Of a stretch of DNA of 64,000 nucleotides, positions 51,713 through 64,000 are shown one piece after another. This DNA comes from Octopus sinensis. Taxonomy: Eukaryota. The translations under genes and the position numbers were made by a program. The DNA lies in NCBI RefSeq assembly GCF_006345805.1, contig NC_043002.1, positions 6,014,001 through 6,078,000 on the forward strand. Direction: 5' to 3'. The stretch's first letter is position 1; each line of letters begins with the position of its first letter. A model generated the notes under the pieces. It saw only the letters and a program-made list of their open reading frames with translations. It did no database searches and had not been told where the DNA came from.

Positions 51713-53072
51713 GTTAGTTAGTTAGTTAGTTAGTTAATTTGGCTCAAAAGCAAATAGCAAGGCCATGTAGGGGCACATGGAGTTAAGTACTGGGTGGTGT
51801 TCATGTAAAGAGTTCAGGCCACTTGAGGTCAAGGGAGGCTTTGAACAAAGCGGTCGTCGGCATCTTCACCATCTCGTCTGGCAGCTTGTTCCATGGATCC
51901 GCAACCCGGACGGAGAAAGCTCCTCTCCTTCGATTGAGATGAAATCGTCGCAGGTAGAGCTTTTCGGAATGACCCCGCAGCCGACACTCTGGAGCAGGAG
52001 TGAAGAACAGCTCTTTCGAGAGGTTACACTTTCTGCTTATGATGTTGTGGGCAAGAATGAGATCACCACGGCGGCGGCGTTTTTCAAGAGAATAAAGGTC
52101 GAGCGTCCTCAGCCTTTCTTCGTAGGACAAATTTTTGAGACCATGAACCATGCGGGTAGCCAGCTTCTGGACTCTTTCGAGATGCTGTATGTCTTTGAGG
52201 AGATAAGGAGAAGAGGCTTGAATTCCGTATTCCAATATGGGTCTCACCAGCGTGACATAGAGTGGTAGGAATATGGCTGCTGTGAGCATTCCGAATGACC
52301 GTCGAATCAAGAACAGAATTCCGCGTGCTTTGTTGGCAGCATGGACGCACTGGGCCGAAGGCGAAAAGGAGGAATCCACCAAGATATTCAGGTCCTTTAC
52401 CTGATCGGTCCTCTCCAGCAGCAGACGACCCGGCTCGAAATCAAGTTGAGTTGCAGGAGTAGAGCCAACAGGCAGATGACAGCACTTTGACACGTTCAGA
52501 CACAGGTCCCATTTGTTAGACCACCTCCAAATTTGGTGGAGGCATCGACGAAGATCCTCTATATCACCGCGAGGAGCGACCAGTTTGACATCGTCGGCAA
52601 ATAGAAGGGTGTGTTGCGTGAGGTCGTCGGGCAAGTCATTTATGAAGACTAAGAACAATAAGGGCCCAAGCACTGAACCTTGAGGCACGCCACTGCTCGC
52701 ACTGGAGACGTCGGACCGCGAACCATTAACTTGGACTTGGAAGGAGCGATCTGAGAGGAAGGCACCAACCCATCGTACAATATCCGGATGGAAACTATAT
52801 GCTTGAAGCTTGACAAGTAATAGGCGGTGGTTTACCGAGTCAAAAGCTTTGGCAAAGTCCAATAAAACGATGTTAACAGCATTACTATCATCGAGGATGC
52901 GCGTCACCAATTCTTCCATTACCAGTAAGTTGGTCAAGCATGATCTCTTCGGCACGAAGCCGTGTTGGGAATCAGAGATGGAAGCTGTGTTTTGGAGGTG
53001 GAGCATCATACTTTTCTTAAGGATGGTTTCGAACATCTTGCTGATTATTGATGTAAGGAAACCGGTCGGTAC
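51713..53072 (-). mobile_element. CR1-like LINE family 1, 5'-truncated, longest copy
   Basis: YRPVS(L)TSIISKMFE at the 5' end (1-nt frameshift), RT domain, (TAAC)n tail. Confidence 0.95.
51801..53036 (-). CDS. LINE reverse transcriptase C-terminal part (411 aa open frame)
   Basis: QHGF...SCLTNL...LDFAKAFDSV...GVPQGSVLGPLLFLVFINDL...LFADD...; not a complete gene (no endonuclease domain or native start). Confidence 0.9.
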   Translation of the reverse strand: MFETILKKSMMLHLQNTASISDSQHGFVPKRSCLTNLLVMEELVTRILDDSNAVNIVLLDFAKAFDSVNHRLLLVKLQAYSFHPDIVRWVGAFLSDRSFQVQVNGSRSDVSSASSGVPQGSVLGPLLFLVFINDLPDDLTQHTLLFADDVKLVAPRGDIEDLRRCLHQIWRWSNKWDLCLNVSKCCHLPVGSTPATQLDFEPGRLLLERTDQVKDLNILVDSSFSPSAQCVHAANKARGILFLIRRSFGMLTAAIFLPLYVTLVRPILEYGIQASSPYLLKDIQHLERVQKLATRMVHGLKNLSYEERLRTLDLYSLEKRRRRGDLILAHNIISRKCNLSKELFFTPAPECRLRGHSEKLYLRRFHLNRRRGAFSVRVADPWNKLPDEMVKMPTTALFKASLDLKWPELFT

Positions 53073-53082
53073 ATATATATAT

Positions 53083-53156
<74 letters not shown>

Positions 53157-53164
53157 GTATATAT

Positions 53165-53298
53165 GTGCGTGTTCCTTTCTGTCGAAGAGCGTAGTCTCGA
53201 AATGTAAAACACTTTCTCACTTCCCGTGCGTAAGCTAATATATCTGTTTGTTCTTTACACACCTGTCTTCGTCTTTTGCTTTTTTTTGTAAATTCTCT
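53165..53298 (+). mobile_element. PLE terminal-repeat fragment, family A
   Basis: Reverse complement of 18417-18550; between (TA)n and (TGTC)n tracts. Confidence 0.75.
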
Positions 53299-53326
53299 GT
53301 CTGTCTGTCTGTTTCTGTCTGTCTGC

Positions 53327-53466
<140 letters not shown>

Positions 53467-53911
53467 ATGTTATATATATATATATATACACTGGCGAAAA
53501 TAAATTTAAGACCGATGATAAAGTTCTATTTCTTACAAAATATTTTGTTACAAACACCATACAAATTACCTCCATCTTTTACACCTTATGGAGAATTTAT
53601 TTCTCTTTCGAACTATGCAGACAATAACTATTTTTATACAACTTGAAGAATTCTAATGCTAAATTAATATGAACTCTTCGGGTGAGGGGATAAATCGATT
53701 AGCTCGACCCCAGTACTCAACTGGTACATGTTTTATCTGCCCCGAAAGGATGAGTGGAAAAGTCGACCTCGGTGGAATCTCAACTCAGAAAGAAATGCCG
53801 CTAAGCCTTTTGCCCATCCTGCAAACGCTTCTGCCGGCTTGCGGCCTTAATTGGAGCAACCATATTAAGAACAAACTTGATACTGTTGCCAATTCCATCT
53901 GGAGAAATACC

Positions 53912-54144
53912 TATTTCTTTACTACCCACAAGGGGCTGAACATAGAGGGGACAAACAAGGACAGACAAACGGATTAAGTCGATTATATCAACCCCAGTGC
54001 GTAACTGGTACTTAATTTATCGACCCCGAAAGGATGAAAGGCAAAGTCGACCTCGGCGGAATTTGAACTCAGAACGTAGCGGGAGACGAAATACCTGTAA
54101 GCATTTCGCCCGGCATGCTAACGATTCAGCCAGGTCGCCGCCTT
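53912..54144 (-). mobile_element. SINE S2 with 15-bp TSD
   Basis: ATCTGGAGAAATACC at 53897-53911 and 54145-54159. Confidence 0.92.
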
Positions 54145-54400
54145 ATCTGGAGAAATACCGTCTCTTGTGCTCCTCGAAAGCAGTTAAATCTCCTGCAAAT
54201 AACATTGCACAGTCACAAAAAAGGAAGGCTACATTAGACTTATAATGTTTTACCCCTATTGGGGTAAAGAAGGCAAGAATCGCGACCCTATAAGTAGGAA
54301 ATGTTGCAAATAAGAATGACAAGATGAGCTAGGACTGCTGGGATTATGTCATCATCGTTGCTACATCGCGCAACCGTCTTCGATGGGGATTCTTTTCAGT

Positions 54401-54807
54401 AGGCGTAGGAGTGGCTGCGTGGTAAGTAGCTTGCTTACCAACCACATGGTTCCAGGTTCAGTCCCACAGCATGGCAAATTGGGCAAGTGTCTTCTACTAT
54501 AGCCTCGGGCCGACCAAAGCCTTGTGAGTGAATTTGGTAGACGGAAACCGAAAGAAGCCCGTCGTATATATGTATATATATATGTGTGTGTGTATGTTTG
54601 TGTATTGTGTTTATCTCCCCAACATCGCTTGACAACCGATTCTGGTGTGTTTACGCCCCCGTAACTTAGCGGTTCGGCAAAAGAGACCGATAGAATAAGT
54701 ACTAGGCTTACAAAGAATAAGTCCTGTGGGCGATTTCCTCGACTAAAGGTGGTGCTCCAGCATGGCCACAGTCCAATGACTGAAACAAGTAAATGAGTAA
54801 ATGAGTA
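54401..54807 (+). mobile_element. SINE S1, full length
   Basis: Head-to-tail match. Confidence 0.9.
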
Positions 54808-55137
54808 GTTTTATGCAGTTGTGATAAAACTTGCGTAATACTTCAAGATGTTTTTTCTTGAACTGTGTTTATGAATATACTTTTGATCGATTGTGCTTCC
54901 TCATCGTAGAAAATACTTTGAGAACTTCATCATGGACAAAAGAAAGATAATATTTACATGTTCATCAAAATTTAATACCAATTTCGATCATTTTATATGT
55001 TGATGTAAGTCATTTTGTAAGAGACGGTAAAATAAATTGAAATAAACTACACGAAATTAACCCTTCATGATAACGGTCCCCGAAGTTCATATTTTTCCTT
55101 AATTATTTTAAATTTTTATAAAATAGCCACTTCTCAA

Positions 55138-55175
<38 letters not shown>

Positions 55176-56388
55176 GACGACGACGACGACGGTGGCGGGG
55201 CTATGACCCAGCAGCCATCGTAAGAAAAACATGAGCTTCTAGAACTGATATCACCAAAGATTAATTTAATTTAATTTAAATATATATGTATATAATTTCA
55301 GTATGTTTATATAATTTCAATATACTTTCCCTTCTCTTATGAGAAGACTAAATCGTCTGATAAAACCATTGAAATCAGTATCATACTTTGATAAAACGTA
55401 AATATTTGCCTTCTTTTGCCCAGTTCTCAAGGCGTTTAAAAATTTTTGTTTTGTAAATTACACCCCACACCCCCACACACATGCCACAGAACCTCCTAAA
55501 AACTAAACACAAGTATTAAACTTTATCTAAGCTTAATAAGATTATATGTAAAAAAACAACAACCAATATCAATGTCAGTAATCTTCACAACCCAAGACGG
55601 TGCTCCAGCATGGCGCTGCATTCTAATGACTGAAATAAGTAGAAGGATTAAAGAATAAAAGAATAATCCATGCATCCAGAAACATTTTCCACTTTATTAG
55701 AAGAAAGGACAACTCAAAATAACGAAACTAATATATAAAACTCCACAAACAAGCTTAACAAATATGTATTTTTATCATCAGCTGCCAACGGGTTTCATTG
55801 TGGTTTCGACACTTGAGCAGTACCGTTCAGTCCTATGGCGTCAACAGCGTTAAAAACATAAACGCTGCCTGGGACTCAATACTAATGAGCAAAAGCGAAA
55901 CATTAGGATCGTAGGTGCACTACTCTAATACGTGCTTGTTATTACAAGTAACATCAAAGTAAGCAGTATTAGCTTATAGTTATAAAACAGTACTTATACA
56001 ACAAAGAACTTACTCTGAAAAAATATACTGTGTTCTTAAACGTTATAATACAAATAAACTAGTGAAAAATCTATCCAGATTCCGATACTTGTCATGGTAA
56101 CACTTATCTAAGTAAATGCTAACAAAGAACTTTTAAAATATATCGAATATACTACGAACATAGATATCTAGATATGTTGTTTATCCATCCATGTGACATC
56201 TCAAACATGATACCACGGCCAAAAGAAGCATAATAAAAACTAGTGGAACACTATATCTCATAACCAACGTGTTCGAGCTATGTACAAGCATGGATCAATA
56301 TTTATAAAGCATGTAAGGCTAAAAAACAATGCGAAGCGCATTGTGACCAGCGATGTGTAGCAACAACTGATAGCCTAGTCGGTCACGT

Positions 56389-56432
<44 letters not shown>

Positions 56433-56958
56433 CGCACACACATGCACACAGTCTCATACAATCACACCTGTGTGAGTGCGTATGTGTGTGTGTGTGTGTC
56501 TTTGTGTCTGTTTGACCTTCACCACCGCTTGACGACCGTGTTCCATGTGTTTACGTTTCCGTAACTTAGCAGTTCGGTAATAGTATTCAATAGATTAAGG
56601 ACCAATTCTTCAAGGCGCTGCCCCTGCATGACCGTAGTCTAATAACTGAAATGCATAAAAGATAAACGATAAAAATATGTACGGATGTATACATTCGAAT
56701 CTGTGGGGAATAGATTTGCTGATAGACATGCAGTATCGAAAATATAACAATTCTACTTCTTACATTAATTATCTAACTATCCTTATTATTAGTTTTCATA
56801 TTTTTTTAATAAATTAGTTCGTTTAGAAAATCGTATCCCTAAATTAATTATGATCATATACAACTATCGTAGCTTGTATCGCTAGATTTTGTTTAAATTG
56901 TAATTTGATGTAATTTGATGCAGATTCTTGCTTTAATAATCACGAGTATTTTTGTATT

Positions 56959-57078
56959 CAGTGTCGGAATTAGGACAAAAAAGGCCCCTTACTTGGACAG
57001 GGCCCCATTGAGCATGGGCCCTGGTCAACAAGACCCTGTGGTTAAGCACACCGAAGCACAATGGTAAAGGCGGCACTG
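56959..57078. mobile_element. Small hAT-like MITE candidate
   Basis: Ends CAGTGTCG / CGGCACTG, internal GGGCCC hairpin; TSD not clear. Confidence 0.4.
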
Positions 57079-57140
57079 AACTGTACTGTATGGGTTTCCT
57101 CCGTGTTTGTGGTGTTGCGTTATGAATTTTATACAGTAGT

Positions 57141-57526
57141 TACTTACTCTTTTACTTGTTTCAGTCATTTGACTGCGGCCATGCTGGAGCACCGCCTTTA
57201 GTCGAGCAAATCGACCCCGGGACTTATTCCTTGTAAGCCCAGTACTTATTCTATCGGTCTCTTTTGCCGAACCGCTAAGTGACGGGGACGTAAATACACC
57301 AGCATCGGTTGTCAAGCAATGCTAGGGGGACAAACACAGAAACACACACTTATATATATATACATATATACGAAGGCTTCTTTCAGTTTCCGTCTACTAA
57401 ATCCACTCACAAGGCATTGGTCGGCCCGGGGCTATAGCAGAAGACACTTGCCCAAGATGCCACGCAGTGGGACTGAACCCGGAACCATGTGGTTGGTTAG
57501 CAAGCTACTTACCACACAGCCACTCC
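57141..57526 (-). mobile_element. SINE S1
   Basis: Head-to-tail match. Confidence 0.9.
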
Positions 57527-57679
57527 GACTTGTATAATTTTGTGAAGAATTACGTATAGTATGGCTGTGTTGTTCACAAAATTTAAAAGTCCGGATCATT
57601 CATATATGTTGCAATCCGATATTTATAAATCGGAAAGATTTTATAGCACACACGCACTCACACACACCACAAACACATT

Positions 57680-57950
57680 CTTTTATTCGTGCTTCTTTCA
57701 GTCATTTGCCTGCGGCCATGCTTTAGCACCACTCTTGAGTGTTTCAGTCGAAGAAGTCGACCGCAAAATGTATTCTTTGTAAGTCTAGTGCCTATTCTAT
57801 CGGTTTCTTTCGCCGAACAGCTAAGTTACGGATACGTAAACACACCGACACCAGTTGTCGTGCGATGGTGGGGACACAAATACAGAAACATACACACACA
57901 CACACACACACACAGACACACACACACACACACACACGAATGTATATATA
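57680..57950 (-). mobile_element. Old S1-related SINE, 3' half
   Basis: Diverged tail and core match. Confidence 0.65.
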
Positions 57951-57960
57951 AAGTCAAGTT

Positions 57961-58905
57961 TTTGGTATCATGGTTCATTCGAGTAGGGAGTTCTCGTTGA
58001 GTGAGTCGTATCCAGGTATAGGTGGATTATCTGGTATTCCTTGAAGAAATTCCCCCAGATTCCGTTTAAAGGTAATGGGATCCTTTTCCTCTTTGATCTG
58101 TTTCGGGAGAATGTTAAATAGGGTTGGGCCTATTGAGGAAAATAAATTGTGTTGCAGTGTATTTATGTGTTGTGATCCTGAATTGGGTCTGGGACGTATG
58201 ACCCGTGGTCCTAGCCTTGGATGGATTTTGAAGTTATGCTGAGGTCATTTGGGAAATACTAGTTGCATATTCTTCACAGCTTGCAAAAGATGTATCGCTC
58301 ACGGCGGTGCTGGAGAGAATAGAGTTTCAATGCTTTAAGGCGGTTCCAATAACCGAGATCCGTCATGCCCTTAATTCTTTTAGTGAATGATCTTGGGGTA
58401 ATTCAGTTTTCGAGATATTTTATTTTGTATGGGGATACCACAAGGGGCAGCAGTATTCGATGTGTGGCCGTACAAAGGAGGAGAAAACTGAAATGAAGAC
58501 ACCTTGTTCTCTGGACCGGAAGGTTCTTAGGATCCAGGAGCTCATCCTACGAGCTATATCGACCTTATTGTTGATGTGAGAATTCCAACTAAGATTGTTA
58601 TCAACAATTACTCCTAGGTCTCTGATATTATTTGATGCTGTGAGAGGTTCCCATGAAGGAAGAGAGTATGGCTGTTTTAGCATAGTCTTTTTTCCAGAAT
58701 GCATCAACTCAAATTTTGTCTCGTTTAGTTGCATTTGTTGTTATCTGCCCAATGACTCACAGCATGTTGATCAGAATGGAGTTGAGTTCAGTCTTCTTCT
58801 TCATCGATAATCTTCTGGAGTTTAGAGTCATCAGCTAATATGTTCATTTTGCTGTGTTTTATGACGCTGGAAAGGTCGTTTATATAGACTATAAAGAGGA
58901 GCGGG
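57961..58905 (-). mobile_element. CR1/L2-like LINE RT fragment, decayed
   Basis: SPLLFIVYINDL..LADDSKL, MQLNETKFELMH..IRDLGVIVDNNLSWNSHI..VRPHIEYCCPLWYP, LKLYSLQHRRERY. Confidence 0.88.
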
Positions 58906-59175
58906 CTAAGACACGGGCTTTTTCCAGTCTCCATCTACCAAATCCACTCACAAGGCTTTGGTTGGCTCGAGGCTACGGCAGAAGACACTTGGCCATTGAT
59001 AAGCCCTCAGATGACTTTTAAGACCAGCTGCTGACTGACAGGGTTTAAAACACAAGTGACAGATATTATTCAAGTTTCCTCTGCATCTTTGTATGTATGT
59101 AAGTGTTATGTACATTTGAATGTATGCATGTATGTTTGTATATATATATATATATATATATATGAGTATAAATAC

Positions 59176-59212
<37 letters not shown>

Positions 59213-59233
59213 ATAAGTTCATATATATATATA

Positions 59234-59277
<44 letters not shown>

Positions 59278-59648
59278 ATATATATATTCATATATATATA
59301 TATATACGTAAATACAATGAGTATACATACATATATTCATATATATATATACGTAAATACAAATGAGTATACATACATATATGCGTATATATTTAGACGC
59401 ACACGGCTGCATATACATAGGCGCGTATAATATATTGTAATCTTTGTTGTTTCATGATGAATTATTAATACAAATGTATAATATACACACACGCACAGAC
59501 ACATACATACATAGCAAAACGAGAGAGAAGTAGATTGTCATAAACTTTAATGAAAATACACATCGGATATACATTACATACAGACACGCATACATATACA
59601 ACGTAGGATAGATTCATAAATAGAAATAGACAGACGGACAGATAGACT

Positions 59649-59722
<74 letters not shown>

Positions 59723-60112
59723 CAGATAGATTAGATTAGATTGTACCCCTACCTATCTACTACCTACCGGTACTTATACACACATGCTACTAACGCATAC
59801 TCGCACACTCTTGCGCTCTCACTCATATGTGTAGATAGCTAAATAGACGGAATGAGTGATGGAGCAAATATCACGGTCAACTGAAGAAGCTATGATATCT
59901 GACTGACATTTCCGTTCAGAGCCAATTTCAGTTGGATTGGAACAGTTAAACAAATAGTCTGTCGAAGACATTAGTAACTGTGCGCTACTGTCGCATGTCA
60001 ATCACTGAGTAGGTGGTGTTATGTGCGTCTATGTGGACAGGGCTGGATAGACATGACACATGCATATATACCCATACATACAAACATACATACATACTTA
60101 CATACATAAATA

Positions 60113-60146
<34 letters not shown>

Positions 60147-60183
60147 TACACATGCATACTTAAACACAGATTGCACAGATATA

Positions 60184-60231
<48 letters not shown>

Positions 60232-60828
60232 CATACATACATATATATGCACGAAGAGGTCGTGTAATTTTCAATTATCAAAGAATTTAAATATAATATT
60301 CATTTGATTAAAATCAAAGGTTGTACGTATATAAGACCTAGCAGATAGATACCTCTCTGTCTGTCAGTTTGTCACTCTCTTTCTCTCTATATGTATGTGT
60401 GTATGTATACATATATACATTTATATATATATATATATAATATGACAAATGTTATATGTACGTATACATAATATACGTATATGTAAATGTGGATACACAC
60501 CGACACACACACACACACACACATACACACACACCACTCACACAATTACATGTACTTGTTTACTCTTTCCCTGGCTTCTCTTTTTCTTTGAACTGCAGCC
60601 ATGTAAAGAAAGGTACTTCCTTGAAGGGTTTTTTCATTCACGCTTTATTCTTATTTTAGTATGATTTATTGATCCGAAGATCGAAGCGCTTTCTTACGCT
60701 TTTTTTTAATTAACTCCACACCGGTTAATATGAACAGACAAGCACACATACAAACTCTTCCACACACACACAAAGATATGTTTATGTGTGTGTGAATGGT
60801 AAATATGTGTACATATATATATATATAT

Positions 60829-61238
60829 AGGCGCAAGAGTGGCTGTGTGGTAAGTAGCTTGCTTACCAACCACATGGTTCCGGGTTCAGTCCCACTGCGT
60901 GGCACCTTGGGCAAGTGTCTTCTACTATAGCCCCGGGCCAACCAAAGCCTTGTAAGTGGATCTGGTAGACGGAAACTGAAAGAAGCCCGTCGTATATATG
61001 TATGTATATATATTATGTGTGTGTGTATGTTTGTGTGTCTGTGTTTGGCCCCTAGCATTGCTTGACAAACCGATGCTGGTGTGTTTACGTCCCCGTCACT
61101 TAGCGGTTCGGCAAAAGAGACCGATAGAATAAGTACTGGGCTTACAAAGAATAAGTCCCGGGGTCGATTTGCTCGACTAAAGCGGTGCTGCCCAGCATGG
61201 CCGCAGTCAAATGACTGAAACAAGTAAAGAGTAAAAGA

Positions 61239-61240
<2 letters not shown>
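60829..61240 (+). mobile_element. SINE S1, full length
   Basis: Head-to-tail match; inserted in (TA)n. Confidence 0.92.
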
Positions 61241-61270
<30 letters not shown>

Positions 61271-61277
<7 letters not shown>

Positions 61278-62562
61278 TAAATGAAATAAAACATATGCAT
61301 ATATATAAATATATGTCACCTACCTCTACATGTACATATACACGCATATATGAGTACAGAACACCAAAGGGACGTCGAACACAAAGAGAAACGAAAACAT
61401 AGACACAAACCAAAGGAATTGGACATTGTTTTAAAAACAACAAAAAATGGAGTACAGGACAATTAACACAACGAAAAAAACCCTTCTTCAGTCGCTAAGG
61501 TTTCATCTACTCTACGTTTCGAAGGATAAAAGCGAGACGTGTCTTCGACAAGAAACTTTCCTTCCTGCGAAAAGCAAATCAATTAAAATTCTGAGATCTT
61601 TTCGCAGAGGGGTAAAAAATGGTAAAAAAACAGGACAGTAACGACAGTACAAAAATATAAACAGTAAAAAAATAAACAGTAAAAAAATATAAACAGTAAA
61701 AAAATATAACAGTAAAAGACAGGACAGGGAAAAACAAGATAAGAAGAGCTGTTGACGCCGAACGAAAAAAGTATTGCAAACGCAGAATTTTTTGTGAACG
61801 ACAGGAAAGCAGGAAGAATGTCGTCCAGTTACCTTGAAAGCCAGGCCAAAAAAGACAGTCAGGGCGGAAGTATCGTCGCGGGTGGACGACGGGAAGGGGG
61901 AGGAGGAGCAAGAGGAAGGGAGAGAAGAAGGGGAATGGCTGCAGGAGACCATGAAGAATGGTGAGGGGTAGAGAGAGAGTGAAGAATGAGAGAGAGAGGA
62001 AGAGACAAGTTAAGTGGAGGAAAAAGAAAATCAAAGAATAGGGATGGGACAGAAAGGTGAAGAGTGCGCGTGAGAGTTAATATCAAGACAAAAACTTGAT
62101 ATACAGAACAATCTTACTTAAGAGGGTGCGTGCGTTTAGTCACATAATATATTAATAAATGAAATAAAACATATGCATATATATAAACATATATGTACGT
62201 ACCTACCTCTACATGTACATATATACGCATATATGAGTACAGGACACCGAAGGGACGTCGAACACAAAGAGAAACGAAAACATAGACACAAACCAAAGGA
62301 ACTGGACATTGTTTTAAAAACAACAAAAAATGGAGTACAGGACAATTAACACAACGAAAAAACCCCTTCTTCAGTCGCTAAGGTTTCATCTACTCTACGT
62401 TTCGAAGGATAAAAGCGAGACGTGTCTTCGACAAGAAACTTTCCTTCCTGCGAAAAGCAAATAAATTAAAATTCTGAGATCTTTTCGCAGAGGGGTAAAA
62501 AATGGTAAAAAAATGGTAAAAAAACAGGACAGTAACGACAGTACAAAAATATAAACAGTAAA

Positions 62563-62563
<1 letters not shown>
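61271..62563 (-). mobile_element. Direct repeat-spacer-direct repeat unit, PLE-derivative-like
   Basis: 61271-61669 and 62149-62563 are near-identical (period 878 bp); pyrimidine-rich spacer on the minus strand; (TA)n at both ends; TGTCGAAGA...CGAAACGTA motif in each repeat. Confidence 0.65.
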
Positions 62564-62601
<38 letters not shown>

Positions 62602-62869
62602 TATAGTACGTGTGTGTGTGCGTGCGTTTGTAAACCTTTCCTAAAGTTTTTGTGCGGTTGACATAAATCAGGTGTATTTATCGCTGTGTCTCGTGTAGTT
62701 GGTGATGGAGATTGCTCGGTCATTCGATGACACCTCTTTAGTTGGAAGGTATTAATTGAGTAGGTATTAAAAGGTACAGCTGTAATCAATCGCGTTTTCT
62801 AGTCACGTGTTTGGTAACACGGATGAACGTGGTCCGTTTGTACACGCAGCCGTCGGTGTTGTTAGAGTT

Positions 62870-63170
62870 CATTATTTACTGAGGGTGGATCCCCACTTTG
62901 AAGCTGGCCAATAAGAACTTTGCTACAGGATAATAAGGTGAAACGACTTCGAATATTCTGTTCAGCATTAAAGCGGATTAAGCAGATGTGGAATATCTTG
63001 AGAAGCAAAACCCGCAGATTTTGGCAAAACCTGTAGATTTTCTATCCTTTTCCATATCATGATTTTTTTTTGTTTATTATGTTTGTGCGTATTCCTGCAT
63101 ATTTTGATTTTCAACAATGCTTGCATAGCACTGTTGTTCTTTCCAGGCAACGCCTTGGAAATGGACTACT
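62870..63170 (-). mobile_element. Decayed Naiad-like PLE GIY-YIG C-terminus
   Basis: CLERTTVLCK, KYAGI, DRKSTGFAKIC, PYYPVAKF and DPPSVNNEL pieces appear in the order of CLxxxIVYKA..YIG..RxSTELSKxIW..YxPxxKxC..LNKRNEL; frameshifted. Confidence 0.55.
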
Positions 63171-63267
63171 GTATTGGTGATGTTGGTGCGGACCCTATAT
63201 AACAGGTAGTGAAGGCGTGCGGTTTTGGTTAAGGTATTCGGCTCAAGATCGCCAGACTTGTCACATT

Positions 63268-63700
63268 CGGTTTGACCGGCAGTTTTTTAAAATAATTTCC
63301 ACGTAACTAAACACTTTTAAACTTCGTATACTGGTAGGATGTGTTTATAAAACGTTTTTTTCTCTTGGCTATATTGAGAAAATTATATAGTTTGTAAGAT
63401 ATTTGTTGTTTTTTTTTTCTTCAATTTCTGCAATTTCAACCAGTCAGTGACGTCTATTGAGGTGAAAACATTCTGTGCCGTATGAATATGTCCTTTGTTT
63501 AAGAAACAGATTGGGTTTATTTACATTTCTGAAGAAAAAAGATACCCTTCCCCCACCCCGAACTCTAACCCTAACCCTAACTCTAATCCTAACCTTAAAA
63601 CAGATTGAAATGCAATAGATCGATACTAGGGTCATAATTATGGGTGACAATTTCATATGACACCGCTAGAAAAAAACTGCCGTTCAAACCGAAAAGATCC
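63268..63700 (+). mobile_element. GGATC family copy 3, left TIR shortened, internal TAACCC repeats
   Basis: Aligns with 2079-2480; flanked by GCCAGACTTGTCACATT at 63251-63267 and 63701-63717. Confidence 0.88.
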
Positions 63701-63717
63701 GCCAGACTTGTCACATT

Positions 63718-63852
63718 GGGTGTGTTACGCTGAATCTCCCTCAGAACTACGTGTCTATGGAATACTCAGCCACTTACATGTTAATTTCTCGGGTAGGCTG
63801 TTCCCTTGACCAGATTAACTGACACCCTCGTCGTCGTAACCGAGGGAGTGCC
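63718..63852 (+). mobile_element. SINE S3-related 3' part
   Basis: Aligns with ~45530-45675. Confidence 0.7.
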
Positions 63853-63879
63853 CGTTAAGTCCTGCAACAAGCTGATATA

Positions 63880-64000
63880 CAGTAATCCCGCGACTATCGC
63901 AGGTACTACGTTCCAAAACACCCCGCGATAGGTGAAAATCCGTGAAGTAGAAGCAGTATTGCATTGTATATTTATTTATTTTTTTATTTTTAAAATCTGT
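63880..64000 (+). mobile_element. Tigger/pogo-like element terminus (runs off the window)
   Basis: TA+CAGTAATCCCGCGACTATCGC...CCCCGCGATAGGTGAAAATCCG. Confidence 0.65.

Noticed and set aside
62713-62742. Minus-strand CTAAAGA-stem-GAGC, possible dead hammerhead near the Naiad-like fragment
   Set aside because: Both conserved core segments are mutated; cannot be distinguished from chance.
63562-63597. True telomere or chromosome fusion scar
   Set aside because: Short, degenerate and embedded at a fixed position in a repeated element.

Overview
AT-rich, very repeat-dense eukaryotic DNA, probably intronic or intergenic. The tRNA-derived SINE families and (TA)n/(TACA)n/(GATA)n density suggest an octopus genome (inference; no database search was possible). 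No host protein-coding exon could be supported; most ORFs in the track are microsatellite translations or transposon fragments. Identified contents: three SINE families; CR1-like, RTE and R4/Dong-like LINE remnants (one CR1-like RT is open for 411 aa); Tc1/mariner, Tigger and hAT relics; MITEs; and Penelope-like element (PLE) remnants of at least two clades. Most notable: (1) a hammerhead ribozyme (HHR) cluster at 3758-3989, with a canonical-core type I HHR next to a perfect 70-bp foldback carrying a variant HHR on both strands; (2) a recurring CUGUCGA HHR-like variant in PLE terminal repeats, including a retrozyme-like repeat-spacer-repeat unit; (3) a TIR element with internal TAACCC repeats whose three copies are flanked by direct duplications of about 8, 17 and 159 bp; (4) a SINE that appears to insert at its own internal GGTATTTC motif; (5) a candidate promoter with two CRE sites, a YY1-like site and an E-box. 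All folds and alignments were done by eye; coordinates of decayed elements are approximate.
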